From: Cyanophora paradoxa CCMP329
Taxonomy: Eukaryota; Plantae; Glaucophyta
Reading direction: 5' to 3'
Length of the DNA: 64,000 nucleotides
Assembly (NCBI GenBank): GCA_004431415.1
Contig: QPMI01000208.1
Span: 80,400 to 144,399, forward strand
Shown: positions 45,235 through 56,241 of the stretch, piece by piece
Layout: every line of letters starts with the position of its first letter
Position numbering within the stretch: position 1 is the first letter of the stretch
Program-made: the position numbers and the translations under genes
The notes under the pieces: model-generated
Told to the model about the DNA's origin: nothing
The model's database searches: none
The model's input: the letters and a program-made list of their open reading frames with translations, nothing else

Positions 45235-46100
45235 TAAGGACCAAATTGAAGGTACTCACTTTATTATCATCCTAAAGTGCATTGAAGGTATGTCATCCCC
45301 CGGGGGCCGGGAGGCCCGCGGCCCGGGACTCGGGAGTCGGGACTCGGGAGTCGGGACTCGGGAGGCGGGCAAAAAATACAAAACAAAAAGCCCCAACTTT
45401 TTTTGGCAAATTTAAAAAGGGCGCATTGTAATTACTACGTATACTAAGATTGTACCGATAAAATTTAAAGACACTGTGACCGTCGGTCCGGCGTCGGACC
45501 GTCGGACATGTAGATGTACACTTTAAAATTTCACGGCATTTCACGTGCACGTGCGCGTGGCGTGGGCAGGGGGCACTGCGGCATTGGCAGGGCCAGTGGC
45601 CATCTACTACTGGCCCGGCTAGCCAGCCGTGTCATCGGTCCGCACACAGAAAAACATTTTTGTTCTTTCATATAGCAGTTTTCATATGCACTCTTAAGTC
45701 AGAGGAAATTAGACGATTGCAAAGACCGAATAGACAATTTGGACCGGTATCCCAACTTTGCGATCGGAAGTTCAAAACTGTTCAATCCGATCATCATCGT
45801 CGACGTCGACCGTCGACGTCGACGTCTCCGAGTCGGGTCGTCGCGATCGATTCGATCATCGGATCGACATCAAAGAAATATATTACTGCAGGACGGCTTT
45901 TTTAGCCGTAGTTTTAAATTGCCGTATAAATTGCAGAGGTGGGGGTAGGGTAAAGCCGAGAATTCATACTAGGGGTTGCCCTGCGAAGAGTCGCCGAAGA
46001 CTGACCGGACGGTCCGGACCTTAATATTTACCAGCCGCTAAACATTTACCAGCCGCGAAGACTGACCTGCAAACATTTTGGTACCGTTAATTGGTCCGTA
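45235..46100. mobile_element. Degenerate TIR element
   Basis: TAAGGACCAAATTGAAGGTAC versus the reverse complement of the right end, TACGGACCAATTAACGGTAC. Confidence 0.5.
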
Positions 46101-46105
46101 TTACT

Positions 46106-46200
46106 CCGTAATGCACTTAAGTAATGCGCCAGATACAAGCGCATTTATTTGGTACCGCATTAATTAATTATAAGTGCGCGCATTAATAAAGTGCTTTACG
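46106..46200. mobile_element. Internally deleted family A MITE
   Basis: CCGTAATGCACTTAAGTAATGCGCCAGATA...GCATTAATAAAGTGCTTTACG. Confidence 0.65.
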
Positions 46201-46324
46201 CTGTACGTACAAATGCCGCAGTGCAAATCACTCTACGTACGTACTACTAGTACTACGTATACGGTACTTGACTACTACCGGTAGTAAGGTACTACCCCCG
46301 GTACTACCGTGCATGTAACACTTA

Positions 46325-46711
46325 CTGTAGATCGGGAAATATTTAGTATACTGGATCTTTTTAGTACCAAAGTTTTGAGGGCTGAGTACTAAATATTTAC
46401 CGTATATTAAACCTGAACCGCGTGGGGGGGGTACATAGCTCTGTCGCGTCGGCGCAGCCGTAGTTGCAGCGCGGGATCGGAGAAGCATGCCGCCGATCGC
46501 GAAGGGAGTGCATGCAGAAGCGCGCGGCGTCGCCGCTGCCAGGCTGAGTTCGAGCGACGAGCGTCCATCCCCCCCCCCCCCCCTCCGCGCGCGCCGCGCC
46601 CATGGCCACCCCCTACTAAAGCTCCCTACTAAAGCGCTCCGCGGCCAAGTCTTAAATATTTTCAGGCTACTACTAAATATTTTGGGGTCTTAAATATTAC
46701 CCGTTCTACAG
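46325..46711. mobile_element. TA-flanked MITE, family B, nested in a family A MITE
   Basis: TA|CTGTAGATCGGGAAATATTTA...TAAATATTACCCGTTCTACAG|TA. Confidence 0.8.
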
Positions 46712-46718
46712 TAAGTAA

Positions 46719-48651
46719 CAAGATCCGTGCTCCTGCGGAGCACTAAGTACGGCGAAGCCTCGCGGACGCCCTCGTGGCTGTCACAGTACCTGGTAGGCCT
46801 ATAGGGCACTCAGCGACTGGCCAGCGGCCTGGCCGATCGCGAACAGCTTTCTGGCTGGAAGCTGGCTGGGTGATCATGATCATGACGGCCAGTCCAGCTA
46901 GCGCTGGCCGGCTAGAGGATCGAATATTAATGTACTGAGGAAATAAAGGGTGGAGCAGATCTAGATTGAGAGGAGTTTATTGTTATAATATTGTTGGGAA
47001 GGAGGCCCGGGAGGGGCGAGGTTCTCAGAGTCTCGCGGCCAGGCGCATGCACAGAGCTTGCGAATCGCTTAAACAGAATCTCGAATGCATATAGCAACGG
47101 GGCTGCGGAGGCGAGCGCGCGCGGAAAGATGTGCAGGCGTGGCCAGGATCGACTTTTTGGCGTCGGCTGGGTTATCGTGCGCTGTCGCGCCCGCAGAGCT
47201 CGCGGAAAGCTTTAAACCGATCTCAAATGCATATTGTAGCGATGCGCTTGCGTGACGATGCGAGGGCGCGCGGAAAGATGCGCAGATCTGTCCAGGATCG
47301 AATTTTCGGGGTCGGCTGGGTCCTCGCGGCCCGGCGCATTTAGAGAGCGTGCGAAAGGCTTTTTCTATATCTCAAATGCATATTGTATAGCTCTGAGCAT
47401 GCGCCGCGGCGTGGGCGCGCGGAAAGATGTGCAGGCCCGTTCAGGATCGAATTTTTGCGTCGGCTGGGTTCTCGTGCCCTGTCGCGCCCGCAGAGCTTGC
47501 GAAAAGCTTTAAAAAGATCTCAACTGAATATTGTAGCGATGCGCTCGCGTGAGGATGCGAGGGCGCGCGGAAAGATGTGCAGGTCCGTGAAGGATCGAAT
47601 TTTCGGGGTCGGCTGGGTCCCGCGGTCCGGCGCATCTGTAAAGCGTGCGGAATGCGTCTTCTACATCTCAAATGCTTATGCTATTGTTCCGCGCATGCGC
47701 CGCGGCGTGGGCGCGCGGAAAGATGTCCGGGTCCGTGCAGGATCGAATTTTTGCCGTCCGCTGGGTTCTCGTGCTCTTTCGCGTCTTCGAAGCTTGTGGA
47801 AGGCTTTGATAAAATCTCAAATGAATATTGTAGCGATGCGCATGCGCGAGAATGCGAGGGCGCGCGGAAAGATGTTCAGGTCCGTCCAGGATCGAATTTT
47901 CGGGTCGGCTGGGTCCTCGCGGCCTGGTGCATTTAGAGACCGTGCGGAAGTCTTCTTCTACATCTTAAATGCTTATGCTATCGTTCCGCGCGTGCGCCGC
48001 GGCGTGGGCGCGCGGAAAGATGTCCGGGCCCGTGTGGGATCGAATTTTTGCCGTCGGGTACCTTCCTGCGCTGTTCCGGCTCCGAAAAGCGGATTTCGGG
48101 GGTGCGCAGGCCGTGCTATGTCTATACGCGCCAGTACGCATCGATTGCGCGCGTCGCGGGACCGGCCGGAACCGGGAGGATCAAATTTCGGCGTACTGTT
48201 CGGACTGCAGCGTCGAGGGCGCCCGAAATCGAGCTTGCGGCGATGCGCTCGCCCTCGCCCGTCATTCTGTATCGTTCTGGGGCGTCCCTGGCGCGATTTC
48301 GTCGCGGGACCGGGCGGGACCGGGTCCCACCTTCTGACTCGGACCGCATTTGTCGGAGGTTAAGTACCGGAATTGATCCAGAGAGAAATTCGAAATTCGC
48401 GCGACGTGCACGGGAGAGCGGTCGTCTTAGGGGAGCCAGGACGCTAAAAATGGATCTAGAGAGGTCTGTGGGGGTTAGAGTAGGTGTGTTATTTGCGGCA
48501 ATCGCGTCCGTGTCGAGGCAGAATTAATAATTCGTGCTCGAGGAGTCGCGACACGGAAATTATTTAGCAGGGGGGATCTCGAGTGGAAAAAAAGGTTAAA
48601 AAAGGAATTTGGCTCGTTGGTTTTTGGGTTTGAGAAAGAGGCTTCGCCTGA
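46719..48651 (-). mobile_element. Non-autonomous Helitron-like element, copy 1
   Basis: The minus strand begins TCAGGCGAAGCCTC and ends GAGGCTTCGCC...GTGCTCC-GCA-GGAGCAC-GGATCTTG. Inserted between A and T of the MITE with no TSD. Confidence 0.8.
47070..48060. repeat. Internal tandem array, ~148-149-bp period (also present in copies 2 and 3)
   Basis: GGATCGA anchor at 47146, 47295, 47444, 47592, 47740, 47889 and 48037. Confidence 0.9.
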
Positions 48652-48712
48652 TGCGCGCACTGAAGTAATGCGGTCCCTAATTAATGCGTTTTTTGCTGGC
48701 AAAACGCATTAA

Positions 48713-51700
48713 CAAGATCCGTGCTCCTGCGGAGCACTAAGTACGGCGAAGCCTCGCGGACGCCCTCGCCGCTGTTACAGTAGGCCTATATATATAGGGC
48801 ACTCAGCGACTGGCCAGCGGCCTGGCCGATCGCGAACAGCTTTCTGCAGCTGGCTGGAAGCTGGCTGGCTGACGGCCAGTCCAGCTAGCGCTGGCCGGCT
48901 AGAGGAATATTAATTTACTGAGGAACTAAAGGGTGGAGCAGATTGAGAAGAGATTAATTATAATATTGTTGGGAAGGAGGCCCGGGAGGGGCGAGGTTCT
49001 CGCGGCCAGGCGCATGCACAGAGCTTGCGAATCGCTTAAACAGAATCTCGCGATCGAATGTATATAGCATCGATGTGCGGGGCTGCGGAGGCGAGGGCGC
49101 GCGGAAAGACGTGCAGGTCCATGCAGGATCGAATTTTCGGGGTCGGCTGGATTCTCGCGCCCTGTCGCGTCCTCGGAGCTCGCGAAAAGCTTAACAAAGA
49201 TCTCAAATTACTATTGTAGCGATGCGCACGCGCGAGGATGCGAGGGCGCGCGGAAAGCTGTGCAGGTCCGTATACGTACAGGATCGAATTTTCGGGGTCG
49301 GCTGGGTCCTCGCGGCTCGGCGCATACGCAAAGCGTGCGGAAGTCTTTGCCTACATCTCAAATGCTTATGCTATTGTTCCGCGCATGCGCCGCGGCGTGG
49401 GCGCGCGGAAAGATGTCCGGGTCCGTGCAGGATCGAATTTTTGCCGTCGGCTGGGTTCTCGTGCTCTTTCGCGTCTTCGAAGCTTGTGGAAGGCTTTGAT
49501 AAAATCTCAAATGAATATTGTAGCGATGCGCATGCGCGAGAATGCGAGGGCGTGCGGAAAGATGTTCAGGTCCGTACAGGATCGAATTTTCGGGGTCGGC
49601 TGGGTCCTCGCGGCCTGGTGCATTTAGAGACCGTGCGGAAGTCTTCTTCTACATCTAAAATGCATATGCTATCGTTCCGCGCATGCGCCGCGGCGTGGGC
49701 GCGCGGAAAGATCTCCGGGCCTGTCTAGGATCGAATTCTTGCCGTCGGGTATGTCCAGGATCGAATTTTTGCGTCGGCTGGGTTCTCGTGCCCTGTCGCG
49801 CCTGCAGAGCTTGCGAAAGCTTTAAAAAGGAGTCAACTGAAAATTGTAGCGATGCGCTCGCGTGAGGATGCGAGGGCGCGCGGAAAGTTGTGCAGGTCCG
49901 TCCAGGATCGAATTTCCGGGGTCGGCTGGGTCCTCGCGGCCCGGCGCATTTAGAGACCGTGCGGAAGGCTTCTTCTACATCTCAAATGCTTATGCTATCG
50001 TTCCGCGCATGCGCCGCGGCGCGGGCGCGCGGAAAGATCTCCGGGCCTGTCTAGGATCGAATTTTTGCCGTCGGGTACCTTCCTGCGCTCTTCCGGCTCC
50101 GAAAAGCGGATTTCGGGGGTGCGCAGGCGCTGCTATGTCTATGCGCGCCCGTACGCATCGATTGCGCGCGTCGCGGGACCGGCCGGAACCGGCCGGATCA
50201 AATTTTCGGCCGACTCTTCGCACTGGAGCGTCGACGGCGCGCGAAATCGGGTTTGCGGCGATGCGCTCGCCCTCGCGCGTCATTCTGTATCGTTCTGGGG
50301 CGTTCCTGGCGCGATTTTGTCGCGGGACCGGGCGGGACCGGGTCCCACCTTCTGACTCGGACTGGATTTGTCGGAGGTTAAGAACCGGAATTGATCCAGA
50401 GGAATATTCGATATTCGCGCGACGCCCACGGGAGAGCGGTCGTCTTAGGGGAGCCAGGACGCTAAAATTGGCTCTAGAGAGGTCTGTGGGGGTTCGGGTG
50501 GCTGTGTGACTAGCAGCAATCGCGTCTGTGTCGAGGCAAAATTAATAATTCTGCCTCGAGGGAGTGCGACACGGAAATTATTTAGCAGGGGGGATCTCGA
50601 GTGGAAAAAAAGGTTAAAAAAGGAATTTAGATCGTCGGTTTTTGGGTTTGAGACAAGATCCGTGCTCCTGCGGAGCACTAAGTACGGCGAAGCCTCGCGG
50701 ACGCCCTCGCGGCTGTCACAGTAGGCGGGCAGCTGCAGCCCCGCCCAGTTGCATGGCCGGGCTTCAAAAGTTTCGCCGGCTTGGCACTGGGGCAATGGGC
50801 TGGCCCGCTATAGCCAGCTCGAGGGAGAGCTCGCTGGCCAGGGAGCAATGTAATGAGGAGAGCGAATATATAATGAACTAGGGAGGAGTTGAACCGGTAA
50901 CTCTTGCTTTTAACTGGTGGAGCAGATTGATAGGAGATTTATTTAATATTAATGTATTGTTGGGGGGGAGGCCCGGGAGGGGCGAGGTTCTCGCGGCCAG
51001 GCGCATGCACAGAGCTTGCGAATCGCTTAAACACAATCTCGAATGCATATAGCATCGATGTGCGGGGCTGCGGAGGCGAGGGCGCGCGGAAAGACGTGCA
51101 GGTCCATGCAGGATCGAATTTTCGGGGTCGGCTGAATTCTCGCGCCCTGTCGCGCCCTTGGGGCTTGCATTACGCTTTGAAAAGCTCTCAAATGAATATT
51201 ATAGCGATGCCCATGCATGAGGACGCGAGGGCGCGCGGAACGCGGTTCAGTTCCCTCAAGGATCGAATTTTCGGGGTCGGCTGGGTCCCCGCGGCCCGGC
51301 GCATCTGCAAAGCGCGCGGAACGCTTGATCTACATCTCAAATGCTTATGCTATTGTTCCGCGCATGCGCCGTGGCGTGGGCGCGCGGAAAGATGTCCAGG
51401 CGTGTGCAGGATCGAATTTTTGCCGTCGGCTGGGTTCTCGTGCTCTTTCGCGTCTTCAAAGCTTGTGGAAAACTTTGATAAAATCTCAAATGAATATTGC
51501 GACGATGCGCATGCGCGAGAATGCGAGGGCGCGCGGAAAGATGTTCAGGTCTGTCAAGGATCGAATTTTCGGGGTCGGCTGGGTGCTCGTGACCTGGTGC
51601 ATTTAGACACCGTGCGGAAGTCTTTCTCTACATCTTAAATGGTTATGCTATCGTTCCGCGCATGCGCCGCGGCGTGGGCGCGCGGAAAGATGTCCGGGTC

Positions 51701-53286
51701 TGTCCAGGATCGGATTTTTGCTGTCCGGTACCTTCCTGCGCTGCTCCGGGTTCGAAAAGCGGATTTCGGGGGTGCGCGGGCCCTGGTATGTCTATGCGCG
51801 CCAGTACGCATCGATTGCGCGCGTCGCGGGACCGGCCGGAACCGGCCGGATCAAATTTTCGGCCGACTCTTCGCACTGGAGCGTCGACGGCGCCCAAAAT
51901 CGAGCTTGCGGCGATGCGCTCGCCCTCGCGCGTCATTCTGTATCGTTCTGGGGCGTCCCTGGCGCGATTTCGTCGCGGGACCGGGCGGGACCGGGTCCCA
52001 CCTTCGGACTCGGACTGCATTTGTCGGAGGTTAAGTACCGGAATTGATCCAGAGGGAAATTCGATTTTCGCGGGATGCCTACGGGGGAGCGGTCGTCTTT
52101 GGGCAGCCACGACGCTAAAAATGGATCTAGAGAGGTCTGTGGGGGTTCGTGTGGGTGTGTGACTAGCAGCAATCGCGTCCGTGTCGAGGCAGAATTATTA
52201 ATTCTGCCTCGAGGGAGTGCGACACGGGAATTATTTAGCAGGGGGGATCTTGAGTGGAAAAAAAGGTTAAAAAAGGAATTTAGATCGTCGGTTTTTGGGT
52301 TTGAGAAAGAGGCTTCGCCTGGGTTCGTGTGGGTGTGTGACTAGCAGCAATCGCGTCCGTGTCGAGGCAGAATTATTAATTCTGCCTCGAGGGAGTGCGA
52401 CACGGGAATTATTTAGCAGGGGGGATCTTGAGTGGAAAAAAAGGTTAAAAAAGGAATTTAGATCGTCGGTTTTTGGGTTTGAGAAAGAGGCTTCGCCTGA
52501 AAGAGGCTTCGCCTGATCGGCTGGGTCCTCGCGGCCCGTCGCATACGCAAAGCGTGCGGAAGACTTTGCCTACATCTTAAATGCTTATGCTATCGTTCCG
52601 CGCATGCGCCGCGGCGTGGGCGCGCGGAAAGATGTCAGGGCGCGTGCAGGATCGAATTTTGGCCGTCGGGTACCTTCCTGCGCTGTTCCGGCTCCGAAAA
52701 GCGGATTTCGGGGGTGCGCAGGCCCTGCTATGTCCATGCGCGCCAGTACGCATCGATTGCGCGCGTCGCGGGACCGGGCGGGACCGGCTAGCGCTGGATC
52801 AAATTTTCGGCCGACTCTTCGCACTGGAGCGTCGACGGCGCTTGAAATCGAGCTTGCGGCGATGCGCTCGCCCTCGCGCGGCATTCTGTATCGTTCTGGG
52901 GCGTCCCTGGCGCGATTTCGTCGCGGGACCGGGCGGGACCGGGTCCCACCTTCTGACTCGGACTGCATTTGTCGGAGGTTAAGTACCGGAATTGATCCAG
53001 AGGGAAATTCGATTTTCGCGCGACGCCCACGGGCGAGCGGTCGTCTTAGGGGAGCCACGACGCTAAAAATGGATCTAGAGAGGTCTGTGGGGGTTAGGGT
53101 AGCTGAGTCATTAGCGGCAATCGCGTCCGTGTCGAGGCAGAATTAATAATTCGTCCTCGAGGGAGTGCGACGCGGAAATTATTTAGCAGGGGGGATCTTG
53201 AGTGGAAAAAAAGGTTAAAAAAGGAATTTATATCGGCGGTTTTTGGGTTTGAGAAAGAGGCTTCGCCTGAAAGAGGCTTCGCCTGA
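48713..53286 (-). mobile_element. Helitron-like element copy 2, containing copy 3 and partial tandem duplications
   Basis: Same termini. Inserted at CATTAA|TTTGGG of the MITE with no TSD. Confidence 0.8.
50654..52500 (-). mobile_element. Helitron-like element copy 3, nested 16 bp from the end of copy 2
   Basis: TTTGAGA|CAAGATCC...GCCTGA|AAGAGGCTTCGCCTGA. The terminal segment is reiterated at ~52320, 52500 and 53270. Confidence 0.75.
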
Positions 53287-53688
53287 TTTGGGACCGCATT
53301 AATATCGAAACGCTAAGAAACTGCTGTATGTACCCCCCTACTGCAGCCAAAAGGCTTCAAAATTTAAACGCATTAATTCGGTGCCGCATTATTAATATTA
53401 TCGATACTAGAGGTCCGGGTCCAAAAACGCATTAATTTCTGGCGCATTAATTAAGTGTTACACGGTAGTATGGCTACCCCGGTAACTTCGGCGGTAAGTC
53501 CACGTCCACGCGCGCGTACGTGGTACTACGCCGTACGTGCGCGTGCACCGTGGTCCGTGGCACGTGCCACGGTGCCACTGACCACGCGGTGGCACGGACC
53601 GGTCCCGGGTACCCCGGTATACGTAGGTCCGCCGGCCGGTACGTATACCACCGTCACGGCGTGGCCACAGTCTACCGGTATTACCGTA

Positions 53689-53935
53689 CCGTGTAACACT
53701 TAAGTAATGCGCGCACTTAAGTAATGCGGTCCCAAATTAATGCGTTTTCCGCTGGCAAAACGCATTAATTTGGGACCGCATTAATATCGCAACGCTAAGA
53801 AACTGCTTTATGTACCCCCTCACAGCAGTCAAAAGCCTTCAAAACGCATTAATTCGGTACCGCATTAATATCCATACTAGGGGTCCGGGTCCAAAAACGC
53901 ATTAATTTCTGGCGCATTAATTAAGTGTTACACGG
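53689..53935. mobile_element. Intact family A MITE
   Basis: TA|CCGTGTAACACTTAA...TTAAGTGTTACACGG|TA. Confidence 0.85.
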
Positions 53936-54437
53936 TAGTACGGCGGTATAGCTACGTAGTACGTATACGGTATATATACTCAGTGACTGCGCATGCACTG
54001 CGCATGCGCCGGCAGCGCGCCGCGCGCGCATATGCATGCGCAGCGGCGCGCGCGCGCGCACCGCCGCCCGTACCGTACTACGGTAGTACAGTACCGCGGC
54101 GCCGCGCCGCCGCCGCCGCGGCGCAGACTCTCGAGTCTGAGACTGCGGCGCACTGCCAGGCTGCGGCAGTGCATCGCGCACTGGCGCGCATGCTGTTACA
54201 TTGCTGTAGGCTGTAGCCTGTCACTGAGTGAAGGCCTAGGCTGAGATCGCTGCAGCCTGCAGCTGCTCATGATCATCGCCGGTCTGACGTACGCGTCTAC
54301 CGCACCCGCACTGGCGGCATGCGCACGGACGTATACGTATCATCGTAACGTATGATACGTATACACTCGTCTAGTGCGTCCTGGAAAATTCTCTCGAAGA
54401 ATTTCTAGATCTAAATCCGATGATCTGCGGCGGCGAC

Positions 54438-56241
54438 ATGGAGGTCAGTCACTCCGTGCTTATGAGGATTCCGCCGCGGCCGACTGCAGGCCACGGCGGC
54501 ATGTACGATCAGCGGTCCACGACGCCCGTCCCCGCCGAACCTTTTCGCTGTGGAGGATTCGGGGGAGAGGCCGCTGCTGAGGCCAGCCCGCCTCTCGCTT
54601 CCATGGCCAGGATACCTCCCCTCTCGGAGTTGCAGCTGCTCGACGGCTCGCCCGCGCCTGCCCCTTTCCTAGACAGCTTCCACAAATTATTCGATGACGT
54701 CAAGCCCGCCGCCGATGCCGGTGAGCGCCGCTCCGCGCCGCGTTGCGAAACCGCGTCCCTTCTGGAGTTGCTGACAGCGGGCGCTCGTCAGTTGCGAGCC
54801 CCTGCTTCGCCCCGGGGCCCTTCCCCTTCGTCCCCGGGCACCTGGGGGTGTACCGCGGCCTGCCCCTCGCGCCGCTGGGGCCGGCCCTCCACGCGCCCCC
54901 CAGCCTCCGCCTCGCCCCCCTCGCCCCCTCCGCCCTCGACCGAAGCGCGCCCCCCCTCGGCCCCGTCCCCCCCATCCTCCTCCTCCCCCTCCGGAGCCTG
55001 CCAGCCCGTGCCCGACCCAGCTCCCTCCGAATGCAAGCGGCGCCGCAGGCCGCCCAGCTGCAGCCGGCCGCCGCCGTCGACGTACGCGTCCGCGTCATCG
55101 GCCCCGTCCCCATCTGCGCGACGGCGGCCGGCCGGCCCGTCTCCCCCGACCCGGCGGCGGGGCGCTTGCAGCTCTCGCTGGCGGAGCTGCGCGTTGCGGC
55201 GCCGTCGCCGCTCAAGCGGGAGCGCCTCTGCGACGGGGACGACGCGGACGCGCGCAGCGACTCGTCGCGCGTCTCCACGCCCCGCGCCAACTGCAAGCGC
55301 GCCCGCGCCGGCCGCGATCGCGAGCCCGAGCTCGAGCGGCCGCCTAGCCCCCTCGCCGTCGCCGCCGGCGCACTCCCAGCTGCCTGCGGCGCGCAAGTCG
55401 AGCGGCCGCGGGAGGCGGAGGCGGGGGCGGCGCGGGGAGCGGGCCCCGTAGCGGGACCCGACGTGGAGCACGGGATGACGCTCGAGCGGCTGAGCGTCCT
55501 CTTCACCGTCTCCTCCACGGAAGCCGCCGAGCGCCTCGCCATCTCCACCACGCGCCTCAAGCGCATCGCCCGCGCCCTCGGCGTCTCCCGGTGCGGCGCC
55601 CCGCCCGCCCCTGGCCGCGGGAGGGGATGGCGAGGCGGGGCGGGGCGGGGCGGGGGCAGGTGGCCCTTCCGGAAGATCGCGGCGCTGGACCGCTGGGCGG
55701 TGGTCGTGCGCGCCGTCGCCCTCCTCCAGCGCCGCCCCGCGCCGGCCCCCTCCCCGCCTTCTCCGAGGAGGTCCGGGCCCCCCGCCGCCCCCGCCCCGCG
55801 CCCCCCGCCGAGCCCCGGCGCGCATGCGCAGGAGCTGCTGGGGGAGGTGCGGGCGGCGCGGGGGGCGGTGCTGGCGGACCCCAACGCCTCCGTCCACGCC
55901 GTCGTCAAGCGCCTCAACAAGGTCCGACCCGGCCCCCCGCCGCCCCGCCCCGCGCCGGCGCCGGTGCCCTCTGATCTTGAGGCGGCGCGTGCGGCAGGCG
56001 CTGCTGGAGCGGCCGGCGAAGCGGGCGGGGATGAGCTCCATCGAGTGGGGACGCAGGATCCTCGAGCAGGCCGCCTCGGTGCCGGCCCCCTCTCACTCCG
56101 AGTTCGATCGATCGCTCCGGATCCGCGTTGACGGGGCGGGGCGCGGGGGCGCAGGTGGCGGGGGAGGTTGGCGACCTCGCCCTCCAGGCCGCCGTCCAGC
56201 GCGCCCTCGCCGACACCGACGCCCGCCCCGACGACGACTGA
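54438..56241 (+). CDS. RWP-RK transcription factor (multi-exon)
   Basis: MTLERLSVLFTVSSTEAAERLAISTTRLKRIARALGVSR|WPFRKIAALD across an intron at ~55591-55659. Confidence 0.85.

Larger units (their letters stand above)
46307..53465. mobile_element. Family A MITE split by nested insertions (pieces 46307-46324, 46712-46718, 48652-48712, 53287-53465)
   Basis: The pieces concatenate into a colinear match to the intact copy at 53689-53935. Confidence 0.8.

Noticed and set aside
47070-53100. CRISPR-like array, or protein-coding ORFs in the 148-149-bp repeats
   Set aside because: Whole units are homologous (no unique spacers), no cas genes are present, the context is eukaryotic, and ORF frames are not maintained between copies.
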